Virus record (IMG/VR): IMGVR_UViG_3300024265_000039
Location: 1-64,000 of that record
Source of the DNA: a virus
Length of the DNA stretch: 64,000 bases
Strand: one strand, 5' to 3'
Part shown: one piece after another, positions 27,496 through 38,358 of the stretch
How the letters are laid out: the number at the start of each line of letters is the position of its first letter
Numbering within the stretch: the first letter of the stretch is position 1
Notes under the pieces: generated by a model
Database searches by the model: none
Told to the model about the DNA's origin: nothing
The model's input: only the letters and a program-made list of their open reading frames with translations
Position numbers and translations under genes: made by a program

Positions 27496-28973
27496 TAGGT
27501 TGGGTTCCCCAATCTATCCGCCAAATATGCAAATTCTATAATAACTAACGAGGCAGCGCTACCGTAAGTATCGTCACCATCGGTAGGATCACGGAACATC
27601 CTTATCCCAATGGTGTCCTCCTCCGCCAGGCTTACCCCGGCGATAGTCATGCTACCGGTTTCCAGTAATTCATCCTGTAGACCTTGAGCGGCATCTATAA
27701 CCGAGGTGTTGGTTCCCGCACCACTGATAACCTCATTCGCATTCGATGCTACCGCACTCCAATCCATCTGCCATTTTACATTTCCGGCGTTGCCATTCAC
27801 CGGGGCCCAGTGGATATGCACTGTCAGATCAGTTCCCACTGCCCAGTCGTTGGGCATATGAAACGAAGTGTAAACGGTATCGGTGGTTCCGGCTCCGGCA
27901 AATTGCAAAACTGAGAAATTGCCTATAACTGCTTGCGTAGGGGCAGTCGCTCCAAGTTTGAGGCCTTCAGCTTTAACTTGAATTTCTTTCCGGACTCTGG
28001 CCGTACCTTCCATCCGTAAAAAACCGTCATTCTCAAAGACACTGTAATTTCCAGCGATATGATCTCCGAAGGTTCCGCCAGGTGCGGTAATCCGGCCATC
28101 GCCTTCTAGATCGTAAACCTCGCCAAAGTTCGTGATCTCGCCAGTTGATGAGTTAAACCCATGAACGACCACCGTCCGTCCAGATCGGATAACCAAATCT
28201 TTTGTAACCGGATCGGGGAACCCGTAATGAGGCTTATCGTTTGTCCAGTTACGAATGTCAATGAAATCGACCAGGAGATCATATGCGGTCGCCCCATACG
28301 CCAGGCGGATGCCCATCAATGGAATCCCAGGGAATTGGATGTCTGCGGCCTCAGAAGCAGTCAGAGCGCTGCCGGTTGATTTCGGCGTTCCATAGACCGC
28401 CGCCATTACCGGAGTCGGAAGCGTAGTATTCAGGCCGACGACGACCCAGTAATGCGTGTCCACTCCCGTTGGCGTGGTGGGGGTGATATTGGCGGGGGGT
28501 GAATACTTCCGTTCCCCACCAGCCAGATAGTAAAAAGCGGTCACATTGCAAAGCAACCCGGTAGCGGCATCCGGTAAAACCAGCCCCGGTTCCATCCGCA
28601 GCCCTTCCACCAAATCGACATTACCCCAACCCCAGCGATGGCTATGGGGGGCGCTACCCAGGGATAGTTGCCCTCCCATGTATTCAGCCGCTTCGTGCGC
28701 TTCCGGGCGCGACGCAATAGGTTCGCGCCCTTCCTGGAAGGTGACGACTATCGGGTATCCGCCAAACAGGGGCACGCCAGTGTTAATCGCTTCAATCGCA
28801 TTCCCGGATACGGTCACGTAAATGCGCGGGCCGCCAGACGGGACAGGGATCACCCAATTGGCGCTGCTGTCCAGATAACCAACAACTCCTGGTTTTGTAA
28901 TAGGTACAGCAGCGTTCACCAAATCGGCAAGCCCTTGTACAATTTCGCCATAGAGTTCTTGCAAATCAAGCAC
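27495..28973 (-). CDS. Minor tail/fibre protein
   Basis: Position; C-terminal FHMPNDW..VHIHWAP..VKWQ beta-sandwich. Confidence 0.6.
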   Translation of the reverse strand: MLDLQELYGEIVQGLADLVNAAVPITKPGVVGYLDSSANWVIPVPSGGPRIYVTVSGNAIEAINTGVPLFGGYPIVVTFQEGREPIASRPEAHEAAEYMGGQLSLGSAPHSHRWGWGNVDLVEGLRMEPGLVLPDAATGLLCNVTAFYYLAGGERKYSPPANITPTTPTGVDTHYWVVVGLNTTLPTPVMAAVYGTPKSTGSALTASEAADIQFPGIPLMGIRLAYGATAYDLLVDFIDIRNWTNDKPHYGFPDPVTKDLVIRSGRTVVVHGFNSSTGEITNFGEVYDLEGDGRITAPGGTFGDHIAGNYSVFENDGFLRMEGTARVRKEIQVKAEGLKLGATAPTQAVIGNFSVLQFAGAGTTDTVYTSFHMPNDWAVGTDLTVHIHWAPVNGNAGNVKWQMDWSAVASNANEVISGAGTNTSVIDAAQGLQDELLETGSMTIAGVSLAEEDTIGIRMFRDPTDGDDTYGSAASLVIIEFAYLADRLGNPT

Positions 28974-29087
28974 AGGTCCCTACCCTAAAACTAAAAACCG
29001 GCAATCGAAACTAACTTGCCGGGATGGATTTCATGCAGGCTGTATATATCGTATACAAAACCACCCGTAGAATGTAAGTCGCAATGA

Positions 29088-32000
29088 CTATCCATCGAAC
29101 GGGCACGTACCTTCGCCCGAAATAATAATTTTCTGGATCATGGCTATGCCGGGACTGGATTCCACCCCCGCTTCATTGGTAACGTGATAGGCGGAAGCGA
29201 GTGCCGCAAAAATATTGGTCGTATTGGTGGTCGATCCTGACCACGCCCACACTCCAAAATTGTCCGGGCCAGTGTTATCGACCGTCGCAAACGATTTGTC
29301 GATGCGCTCCGCTTCCCCGCCATCAGCCGTAGACCTGACTACCATCGACTGCTTGTCAAATTTCCCGGCTTGTATTAGACCAAAGACTAGCTTGAAATAC
29401 ACTGAGATTTTTGTAAGTGTAGTGGCGGCAAAATCCAAATCGATTGTAACTCGGTTCTTATAAGCATCGAAATGAAAAAGCACCTCGCCATCGTAACCAG
29501 AGTCATTGGGTGTACCGGCCACTAAGGTGTAGGAACCGTGGATTATAGACCAGGTAGGTGAATTGTCTTCATAGGTATAATGTCCAGTATCCGTCCCCTC
29601 TGTGTTGAATAGGAAATAATGTTTCCATGTTCCGCATCCAGCCCCAGTACAATCCTCGGTGGAGTTCTCTTGGATTTGCGCGGCGGCATTCAGACCGCCC
29701 TGCCCCAGTAAGGTGAACAGGTCTTCGGTGACACTCCAAGCTATCCCGCTTTTAGTAGTGAGTAAATCCATCAGTTCAGCGTACTCAGAAGCGGACAACT
29801 GCCCGTCGGAATCCAGAAGTCAGTAGATTTCATCGCGCAGTTGATCTCTAAATGTGTCATCGAAAGCGGTACTAATATCCGAGGCGGTTGTCCCATAATA
29901 GTCTTCAGTCAAATCGGTCAGGTAATCGTTATAGGCCAAACTGGGAGACATGACGACGACCAGGGCTGCGCCCATCGTTTGGCGGAATTGAACTTTTGAA
30001 GTGGAAGAATCAATAGCACTGGCAAGCTCTTCGGCAAAGTAATCGACATAATCCGCGATATTGGCTGCTGATAGGCAAGGCCAGTCTTCCCCACCGGGGC
30101 GATCACCTGGGTCTACCGGGTCAGGGGTTTCTACCGTATCGCAATCGACGCAATCTCCCTGCTCCCCAGTATCGCCGGTCACATCACCCAAATCATTCCA
30201 GTCGCTCCCATTCGACGGTTTCCATTCCAAGTTTCCGAATTCATCTACCTGGAAATCTAGGACGTAGGAGTCGAACACGTCATACCCCCAAAGAACGCCG
30301 TCTTGCCCTGCCCCACTCCATGAATTCAGGGCAATCGTTGTTCCCGGCAGCCCGGCTGTTTCTGGGCGCACGGTAACATTCAGATGTTTGGTCAGGCTGC
30401 CCTTTAACTGTCGCCATTCTCGATCTACAGCCAGGGCCAATGCATTCCCAGCGAAGCCCACCCCTCTCGGATCATAGGCAGCATCTATATTTAAGGCGAA
30501 CCACGTATTCCAGTCGCGTGCAGGATCAAACACATCCAGATTCCGACTTAACGGAAGCGGCAAATCCGGGGTAGGAGAATTGTCAAGCGCCATCAAATGA
30601 CCGGCCTTGTCATTCAATTCATCCTGATCGATTACCAATAAACCGGGCCCCTGTGGTTTGTCCGTCCCCTGCCCTTGCGCCCCATCCCCGGCAATAGATT
30701 TCAAGGCGGCGACATCTGAGCCGTCCATATGAAATCCGTAGGCTGTATATTCACCTACACGAGGCCGATATGTCTGGGGGTAGGCGATTCGTTCCTTGAT
30801 ATGATCTTCTGTTAAGGTTAGCCGAGTATCCAGAGCCTCTCTAAAGACTGCGCTTTCCACGCCGGGATTGCGGAGGAAGTAAATCGAGCCATCAGAAGCG
30901 CTGCCCACATTACCGGAAACCGAAGTGGCTACCTCCGCCACCTGCGCTCCCAAATTTGCAGATAGGGTGTTCCATTTTGTTTTCCGTACCGGTGTGGCGT
31001 CCGGCAGCTTGTGATAGTCGAACAAGGAAAGCGCATTATAGCAATGATAATGGATCAGATACCAAACCACGAAACTGGGGGTGGCTAAATTGGTGACCAC
31101 TTCCGTCCAGTTGGCCGGGGTAGCGGATTCACGTATCGCTTGCGGAGGGCAGGCTATGATTTCCATCAGTTTGTATAGGGAGGTGGTTTCCACCGATAGT
31201 TTGTTGGTGGAAAATGTTCCAGATCGGGTCAGGCTGGTAATGAACCCGGCATAGGCATTTACATACCCAGAACCGGATGAAAGCGGCTCACCATTGTACA
31301 GGCCATAATCACTGAGCAGTACCGCACCACCATCCATAAATACGCTTTCCAACTGGTTCCCGTACACATCTAGATTCAGTTGCCGTCCCTGCAAATCCTG
31401 GCGGTCGCTGGTCAACACAAGATCATTCAGGGTCGAAAATGGAGCATTACTCCCGGCGGTTTCATTGATCCAAACCGGGCGCACCCCTCTCCGCGTAGTC
31501 GTTCCGTTTGATACAGTACAGGCCATCAGATAGAAGCCGGGGTCAAATTCAACGCCAATGGAGGAGGACGACAGTGTGCCGGATGTAAGCGTTGCCCCGG
31601 AAGCAGGTAACTCCCATAGATAGGTGAGGCTTTCGGCTACCCAGTCATAGCTGGCGCTGGCGTCAAAGGTCAAGGTGGCCTTGTCATCAGTTCCAACGAA
31701 TGCCTGTCTCCACGCACCCATATTGCAAACCGGTTGCGGGTAATCGCCTTGGTTATCAAAGTCCCAATCAAATTCTTTGTAAAATACCCCCGCCGCAATG
31801 CGAGAAAACATTGTCCAGGGAGGCATATAATCATAGATCGTAATAACATGGTCGTCGCCCAAGGCCAGCGCCTGCAACTGAGCGCGTCCAGGATCACCTT
31901 GCGCTTTAGCATCGATATAGAGCGTGGTTGATGCTGGCGCTTTACGAACAATCCCGGTGGTAACATGCGTCCCGACACTGTTCACCACCCGTACCATCTG

Positions 32001-32189
32001 CCCCTTTTTCACAATCGTAAGCCAGTCAGCGCTGGTGTTATCGACTGTCAGCGACGCTACCGGATACGTAATCGATACCTGATTGATGTCAGCAGTGGCG
32101 ACCGGATTCAACGGCCACCGATTCAGATAAGCGTCCACGGTATGCCGGGGGGATAAAAGTCGAGCCAGGTCAGTTGCAGATAGGGCCAT
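29088..32189 (-). CDS. Tail tip/hub protein split by one in-frame TGA at 29820-29822
   Basis: ORFs 29820..32189 and 29088..29798 are in the same frame (LRDEIY*LLDSDGQLSASEY); PKD-like FDASASYD..LTYLW segment. Confidence 0.7.
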
Positions 32190-32232
32190 GATACTTCCTC
32201 AAATACGACAAAGCGGCATAAATGCCGGGCGG

Positions 32233-33729
32233 TTATCCCGAAGGGACACGAGCATAGGCGGAACTCTGAATAGGATATGCTGTCAACTGGGTCGGGGTCA
32301 CATTGGTGGCCGACACCGAAACGGAAGTTTCTGCTTCCAGGTAGGACACGTCAATTTCCGCGCCCCGTTGGGTGACCGTGCCGGAGGTGGCAGTATAGGC
32401 ATAGTGCTTGCTGCCTTCGCACCGGATGATAATCGTATCGGTTGATCCGACTGCCGTTGCGTTAATCCGGTTGGTGGGCGTGCCACTGACAACACTATCC
32501 AGCTTGAAATCCCATTGTGAGCCGGTGTAAGTCACATAGGCCAACCAATGGTTATTGGCATCCTGTTTGCGGAAATACAGTTCGACCTTATCTCCGCTAA
32601 TGGGGCCACCGGGAAGCGTGTAAGTCAGGTAAAAGAGCGCATCGCCCGGTGATAGATCACGCACATCGGAGGCAACATAATCAGCATCAGTGATATGGGC
32701 GGTGAGATTCAGGGACGCTATATCGTACTCCGCCGTCATTGGCCAAGGCAATACCCGCACCTCTGCTTCGGTCATCTTGTACGTTTCATCGTAGGTTTGG
32801 ACAACACCGTAGGCGACTTGCTCCCCCCAGTTGGAAACAAACAAAAGGTTCCCGTCCAGGAATATGAATTCTCCCGCCTCCCGCAGCACAACTGTAAGTT
32901 TGGCATCTGTAGCTGCCGTTAGCGTGGCGATCCCGGTAGAAAGTGTGGACGTATTGATAATTGGTTTTACCGCCAGGGAGGATATGAGGATACCCGATTC
33001 GAGAACACCAGTCTGATTTTGATCGATCCCGATTTTCATGTCCCCTGACCCGGAGGTTATCTGGAAGGTATAGCAAAACATCGTCCCGGCTTCGCGGGGC
33101 ATCTGGCTTGTCCACAACGCCGGATCGCTGTAATCGTTGTTGGTCCCGGCGCAAATCAGAGAACCGGAACTGACGGACAGGTCGTTTCCAGTATCGACAA
33201 TAGTCCATGTCCCCTGCCCTGCTGTTCTGGGGGAGGTGATCGGCGCAGCCTCGTCAACGCTGAATTGATCGTAGAGCAATTGTACATAGATTTGGGTGCC
33301 CAGCACACAATCAATAGTGAGCGTGTACCCACCACCAACCGGCGAAGTAGATTCCTTGATCGTGCCGCGTTGGGCCGTGGCCTGATAATATTCCCATTGA
33401 CCGCTCTTACGGCTGAAAGTACGAGCGGTCACCAACCCGCTATAAGAAAGCGCAGCAAAAAAAGTGTCCAGAATGAATTGCACCTGTAAGGGGGTAAGCC
33501 CGGTAAACACCCAAGTGAAGTTCGGGCGACCATACCCTCCACGCAAACCGGACAGGGATGTGACCGTTTCCTCGGAGTCCATCACCACATCTGCTTCGTT
33601 GCCGGGACGCACCCAGTCCCGGCCCGGCGCTTGATCGTTCTGGCGCGGCCAGTTTTCAATCGCATAGGTGGCGGTTAATTTGTCTGCATCAATGTGCCCT
33701 GCTGAAAGGCGGTATCCTGATATGGTCAT
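32233..33729 (-). CDS. Distal tail-like protein with extra beta domains
   Basis: Immediately downstream of the tape measure gene. Confidence 0.6.
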   Translation of the reverse strand: MTISGYRLSAGHIDADKLTATYAIENWPRQNDQAPGRDWVRPGNEADVVMDSEETVTSLSGLRGGYGRPNFTWVFTGLTPLQVQFILDTFFAALSYSGLVTARTFSRKSGQWEYYQATAQRGTIKESTSPVGGGYTLTIDCVLGTQIYVQLLYDQFSVDEAAPITSPRTAGQGTWTIVDTGNDLSVSSGSLICAGTNNDYSDPALWTSQMPREAGTMFCYTFQITSGSGDMKIGIDQNQTGVLESGILISSLAVKPIINTSTLSTGIATLTAATDAKLTVVLREAGEFIFLDGNLLFVSNWGEQVAYGVVQTYDETYKMTEAEVRVLPWPMTAEYDIASLNLTAHITDADYVASDVRDLSPGDALFYLTYTLPGGPISGDKVELYFRKQDANNHWLAYVTYTGSQWDFKLDSVVSGTPTNRINATAVGSTDTIIIRCEGSKHYAYTATSGTVTQRGAEIDVSYLEAETSVSVSATNVTPTQLTAYPIQSSAYARVPSG

Positions 33730-33738
33730 TTTATCACC

Positions 33739-36189
33739 TTAGAAAATTTGCCCACGAACACCCTTGGGGGCGTCTTTCGTCGCCTGAATTATGGTGAGCG
33801 CAAATCCGCGCATCCCCTCACTGAATTCAGTATGGGAGATTCCCCCCAGATTAACATCCCCAAAATTAAACTCATAAGCCGGGCCGCCACCAAGCCCACT
33901 GGGGATACCCTGGCTCGGCTCGAATGGGATGACCAGTTCCGGCCCAGCTTCACCGGCTACCAGCAGCGTCGGCTCATCGATGAGCGCTCCACGAGCCGCC
34001 GCTACTCGACGGCGGCCACGACCACCGCCACCCTTACCACTGGAACTCGCCTTAGAGAACATATCCTGCAAGATTTGCACCATCGACTGTGCGCCAGCAC
34101 CCATAATGTCTACCAGGGCTTGCTGCGTATCCTGAGTGATTTCCAGTTGCGCTTGGCCGCCAGACTGGATGATGTCAAGGGCGGAACGCTCCCGATCTTC
34201 GAGCAAATCCATTTCCTTCTGGTGCCCCTCTTCCATCTTTTCCAGTTGGCGCTCCCGATCCAGTGCTTTCTCTTCATCTTCGACTTTGCGCCGTTCGGCT
34301 TCTAGCTTTTGTTCTTCCTCGTAGCGTTCCTTCTCTTCATCCAGCCGCTCCTGCGCCTGCTCAAATTCTTGCTCTTGTTGCTCCTTATAGGCTTTCTTCG
34401 CCTGCTCCCGATCCTTCTGGTACTGGGTAATCAATTCCTGCCTGCGAGTATCCGACTGCGTGCGCAGTTCGGCCAGCTCCTTCTCGAAGGCGACGCGGCG
34501 CTCCTCGCGGCTCTTGCCGAATTCGCGTTCAGCTTCCGATACCTGTTCCGCATTGTCTTCCTCAGCCCGGCCCATCTCTTTCTCATGGGCGCGTTGTGCT
34601 TCCAGGAAGGCGACCACGTTGTTATTGGCTTCAGCATCGTTCAATGCGTCTAGGTGATCTTCCAGCATCCGCTTCCGTTGCTTCTGCCACTCGGTCTCCG
34701 CCTTAGTCATCGATTCTAAATGGATGGATAGTTCCTCGGTGCGAGAGGCCATGTACTGGGCCGATAGTTCCGCGCCCTGGCTTGCCAGTTCCGGCCCGAT
34801 GGCGGCCATCTCCTCCCGGAACTGAGTCTCAAGCTGGAGCATATTCTTGCCATGTTCTTCGGCCATCTCTTCCGTGCGGTCGTAGTAGTCATCGTGGATG
34901 TCAGAAAGCGCGTTCGTATGGCTTTCGGCGGCAGCTTCGTCTGCCCGTTGTCGTTCCCGGCCAGTCCGGGCATCTTCCCATTTAAAGTCGTCGGCAGTAT
35001 CGGCCAATTCCTCGGCGAAGTCGGCAATGCTGCTTTCAGCATCTGCACGGGTAGCAGCTAGATCGCGTTCCGCATCATCGACCCGCCTGGCCGCCGCTTC
35101 CGCTTCCTCACGCGCTTTCACATCATCCATGATCTCCTGACGCAGCGCAATTGCAGCATTATTATCAGCAATTTCTTTGTTCCAGCCGCGTATTTGCTCG
35201 GCTGCATCACCGTAGACGTGGCTTCCGCCAGCCCAATCAGTGACAACAGAGCGTATCTGATCCCATGACCCAGTGTTTTCTGCGATGTCATCTGTAGCCC
35301 CTCGTATAGACTCTCTAACATCCTCATTGGCCGCTTCGTATCCCCGAATATCATCTGTAAGGGATTCTGTAGTACCGGACTCCAGAAGATCGTTTCGCTC
35401 CAATTCCAGGTCTAGCGCATCCTGCTGGGCTTCTAGATTTTTACGAATCGCGGCTGTGGACTTCCCCATCATCGCGTCAAATGCCGTCATACCCAAGTTG
35501 ATACCGGCGATGGCTGCCGTAGCTGGCCCTGCCGCTTTGCTCAGGCCCCCCAATCCCTTACTGGCAAATTTGCCCAGTACGTTGTTGGATTGCCCGGCCA
35601 TTTGTGACATGTTGCTGAAGGTTGACGAAAGCTGATCGCCGGTTGACATAAGATTGGACATTTCGTTCATGGCATTGCCCAGGCCGGAGTCGTAGCCAGC
35701 GAACTGGGAGAGAGATTGGAGCATTCCAGAAATCTCACTGCCAGGGCCCATACCAAACCCGCCGCCCATACCGAAATCGTCCATGCCGCCAATATCGCGT
35801 TTTTTTGATATACGCCCTGTTTCGGCAAGCTCTTTGTTGTATTCTTGTTGGACTAAAATCAGATCGCCCAGTTCTGATTTTAGCTCTTTCTCGCGATCAA
35901 TCAGGACTTGAACCATGTGGTCTGGGGCATTTGCCATTTCCGTATGGAGTAATGCTAGGTTGGTCCCTACGTCCTCAATGCGGAAATCGAGTTCACTGAT
36001 TGCATCAAGGCTATCTTTAGCTGATAGCGAATCCCCACCGAAACCACCAATTGCCCCCCAAATTCCACCAGACTTCTGAAGGGCCTCAAGCAGGTTCCCT
36101 ACCCCGCCGAGGGCGTCCTGGAATATCCCTAATTTCTGAACAGCATCATCAGCGTCGGGGATTTCTAAACTGAAAATAGATTCGGACAT
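33739..36189 (-). CDS. Tape measure protein
   Basis: Long helical coiled coil; C-terminal AARGALIDEPTLLVAGEAGPELVIP motif. Confidence 0.85.
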   Translation of the reverse strand: MSESIFSLEIPDADDAVQKLGIFQDALGGVGNLLEALQKSGGIWGAIGGFGGDSLSAKDSLDAISELDFRIEDVGTNLALLHTEMANAPDHMVQVLIDREKELKSELGDLILVQQEYNKELAETGRISKKRDIGGMDDFGMGGGFGMGPGSEISGMLQSLSQFAGYDSGLGNAMNEMSNLMSTGDQLSSTFSNMSQMAGQSNNVLGKFASKGLGGLSKAAGPATAAIAGINLGMTAFDAMMGKSTAAIRKNLEAQQDALDLELERNDLLESGTTESLTDDIRGYEAANEDVRESIRGATDDIAENTGSWDQIRSVVTDWAGGSHVYGDAAEQIRGWNKEIADNNAAIALRQEIMDDVKAREEAEAAARRVDDAERDLAATRADAESSIADFAEELADTADDFKWEDARTGRERQRADEAAAESHTNALSDIHDDYYDRTEEMAEEHGKNMLQLETQFREEMAAIGPELASQGAELSAQYMASRTEELSIHLESMTKAETEWQKQRKRMLEDHLDALNDAEANNNVVAFLEAQRAHEKEMGRAEEDNAEQVSEAEREFGKSREERRVAFEKELAELRTQSDTRRQELITQYQKDREQAKKAYKEQQEQEFEQAQERLDEEKERYEEEQKLEAERRKVEDEEKALDRERQLEKMEEGHQKEMDLLEDRERSALDIIQSGGQAQLEITQDTQQALVDIMGAGAQSMVQILQDMFSKASSSGKGGGGRGRRRVAAARGALIDEPTLLVAGEAGPELVIPFEPSQGIPSGLGGGPAYEFNFGDVNLGGISHTEFSEGMRGFALTIIQATKDAPKGVRGQIF

Positions 36190-36366
36190 CTACCATGTCC
36201 TCCGTAAACAAGAAAGGCCCGCATCGAATGCACGACACGGGCGGGGCGGAAACGCGCAGCCCAAAAGTCCTACCTTAATTCTATACCTAGGAGGGGGGTG
36301 TTGTCACCACGCAGTGGATTGCGCTTGCCCCAGAGAATAGTATAAGATAGAAATAAAGGAGATCAT

Positions 36367-36936
36367 ATGGCAATCAAAACGATTAACCCGGCAGTAAAGA
36401 AAATGAAGCAGGCACGAGAACTCATCCAGGCGAAGGAATATGTAGCTGCTCGGAAAATTCTCCTGACTATGGATCACCCGCAGGCCCAGAAATGGCTGGC
36501 GAAATTAGATGACCTCTCCCCGATGGAGACTGACGCCCTACCCCAACCAGTTCCCTGGTGGCTGAATCCCTGGTTGCGGTTCGGCCTGGGGGTCGTAGCT
36601 GCTTTGTTCCTCGGCTTCGTTCTGGGAATGTCTTTTGGCGAACAGAATGCTCCCGGATACTTCTGCCAGGTCGATGAAGATTGGCTCGATATTCAGGGGC
36701 AGATCAGAAGTGATTACATCAACAGCATGAACACTTCTCTGGGCTACGCCTACGTGGTAGAGTATATTGAATATACCCCTGCCCCGGATGCCTGCGAATT
36801 GGAATGGAGCATCTGGGAATACGTTAGTGAGGGGATGATTGAGGTTGAATCTGGCAATCGGGAAATGGGGTACTTGTATATAGGAGAAGGGCTTGGTATG
36901 GCATATGCTTACCTTTTGACTACGGAGGAGAATTAA
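36367..36936 (+). CDS. Moron membrane protein
   Basis: Opposite strand, AAGGAG RBS, one TM segment; N-terminal ARELIQAKEYVAARKILLTMDHPQAQKWLAKLD motif that I recall from Chloroflexota proteins (unverified). Confidence 0.7.
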   Translation: MAIKTINPAVKKMKQARELIQAKEYVAARKILLTMDHPQAQKWLAKLDDLSPMETDALPQPVPWWLNPWLRFGLGVVAALFLGFVLGMSFGEQNAPGYFCQVDEDWLDIQGQIRSDYINSMNTSLGYAYVVEYIEYTPAPDACELEWSIWEYVSEGMIEVESGNREMGYLYIGEGLGMAYAYLLTTEEN

Positions 36937-37718
36937 TCGCCCTGCCCCACAATCTTTTCCCAGTCGGCCAGCAACTCAGTTCCATCCAGGGCGGCATAGC
37001 GCGTGCCTTCGCGCCGTTCGGTGCGATCCCCAAGGGACAATGCCTTTAATCCTCGAAAGAATTCGTCTTCGTCTTTGAAAGATACATAGATCATAAAATC
37101 TGCCCCACCCCCATCAAAGTCGTCGGAGGTGTCGTCAACGGTCTTTTTGTCTTCGAACGCGCCAGTGTAGTCTCCGTCACGCTTCATTTGCTCAATAGCA
37201 TCATTGAGCAAATCATCATCAAATCCGGTCGCTTCGTAGATCGTCAAATCGCATCCACGTAAGGCTTCCAGCAATGGGATAAGGGCATTGGGGTTATCTC
37301 GCCCCCGGCGGCCTGTTTGATTCTCGGCCAATGCATATCCAATCGCTTCTTCTCGCGTGTCCAGGTGGGAAATATCGCAGACAGATACCTGCCATATGCC
37401 CTCATCGACTCGCAACCGTTTACTTTTCTTGATCGCAGTATCGATGCGTTCCCGGTCTTCCCCTCTATTATGCATTGCTCGTATAACCAGTAACGCCTTT
37501 TTACGATGGTTCCCGGCCATTATTTCACCGGCCCAGACATTCAGTTCGTCCTGGAACCCAAACCTCAAAATTGAGGTGATGATTCCTCCGATATCTCCTT
37601 CGTTTGGATTGTCCTCCCACACTTCCAGGTCGTCGATGTTACGCCAGTCTAGTTCAGTCGGTTCAGCAGCCATGCTATGCCTCTTTCTCGTTTTGTCGTT
37701 CCCAGGCATCAATGTCAT
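36933..37718 (-). CDS. ParB/Srx-like N-terminal domain protein
   Basis: IDDLEVWEDNPN..SILRFGF..IMAGNHRKKAL..YALAEN..TGFDDD. Confidence 0.8.
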   Translation of the reverse strand: MTLMPGNDKTRKRHSMAAEPTELDWRNIDDLEVWEDNPNEGDIGGIITSILRFGFQDELNVWAGEIMAGNHRKKALLVIRAMHNRGEDRERIDTAIKKSKRLRVDEGIWQVSVCDISHLDTREEAIGYALAENQTGRRGRDNPNALIPLLEALRGCDLTIYEATGFDDDLLNDAIEQMKRDGDYTGAFEDKKTVDDTSDDFDGGGADFMIYVSFKDEDEFFRGLKALSLGDRTERREGTRYAALDGTELLADWEKIVGQGD

Positions 37719-37884
37719 TGCGGAGGTTCATCCCGGCTTCAATGTCCTCCCGACCCTGGCCGATTGCATCCAGGAGATAATGGATCGCCATATCGTAGGT
37801 TATCCCTGCTCCACGACAGAATTCCCGAATCCGGTGCTGCGTATCTGGGCAAACGGACAATCTTCTGGTAGTTTTCTTCGACAT
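37675..37884 (-). CDS. Small DNA-binding protein (RHH-like)
   Basis: RRLSVCPDTQHRIREF..TYDMAIHYLLD; GGAGG RBS. Confidence 0.6.
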   Translation of the reverse strand: MSKKTTRRLSVCPDTQHRIREFCRGAGITYDMAIHYLLDAIGQGREDIEAGMNLRNDIDAWERQNEKEA

Positions 37885-38148
37885 ACTTGCCTCCCAAAAA
37901 TAGAGGGATTGGGACTATACATATTCTAAGAAGTATAATATGATATAGCTATAGGAAAGGCAAGAGTCATTGTCTTTCAAAATAATCAAAAAAGGCACTG
38001 CGAACAACAGTACCTTTTGCGAATATCGGTGATAGGATCGCGTCGGGCAATCCAAGATTGTATGCAGTATGACATGCTCCATCGTTCCTGTCAATGGTTT
38101 TTCATTGCGGCTTGATTGCTGCACCTCAAATGGAGGATAGTGAAAGGG

Positions 38149-38358
38149 ATGATGAACCCAATGAAATATCCAGGCAACCCCCGCATTCGGCTCCAAGTAG
38201 CCGCACGGGAAATGAGACAACACCCGAAAAGCAGCCCGGAATACCGAGAGGCCGAACGGCAATATTTGGCGGCCCAAATGGTGGTTCGGCGGCGATATTC
38301 CATCCCCCCATCCGGTAGCATCAAACAGATTTTACAGGGAGACCCGTCATGGTCATAA
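38149..38358 (+). CDS. Hypothetical basic protein
   Basis: Precedes the ERF-like gene. Confidence 0.4.
   Translation: MMNPMKYPGNPRIRLQVAAREMRQHPKSSPEYREAERQYLAAQMVVRRRYSIPPSGSIKQILQGDPSWS

Noticed and set aside
29088-29798. Diversity-generating retroelement target
   Set aside because: No reverse transcriptase and no template/variable repeat pair is seen in the window.
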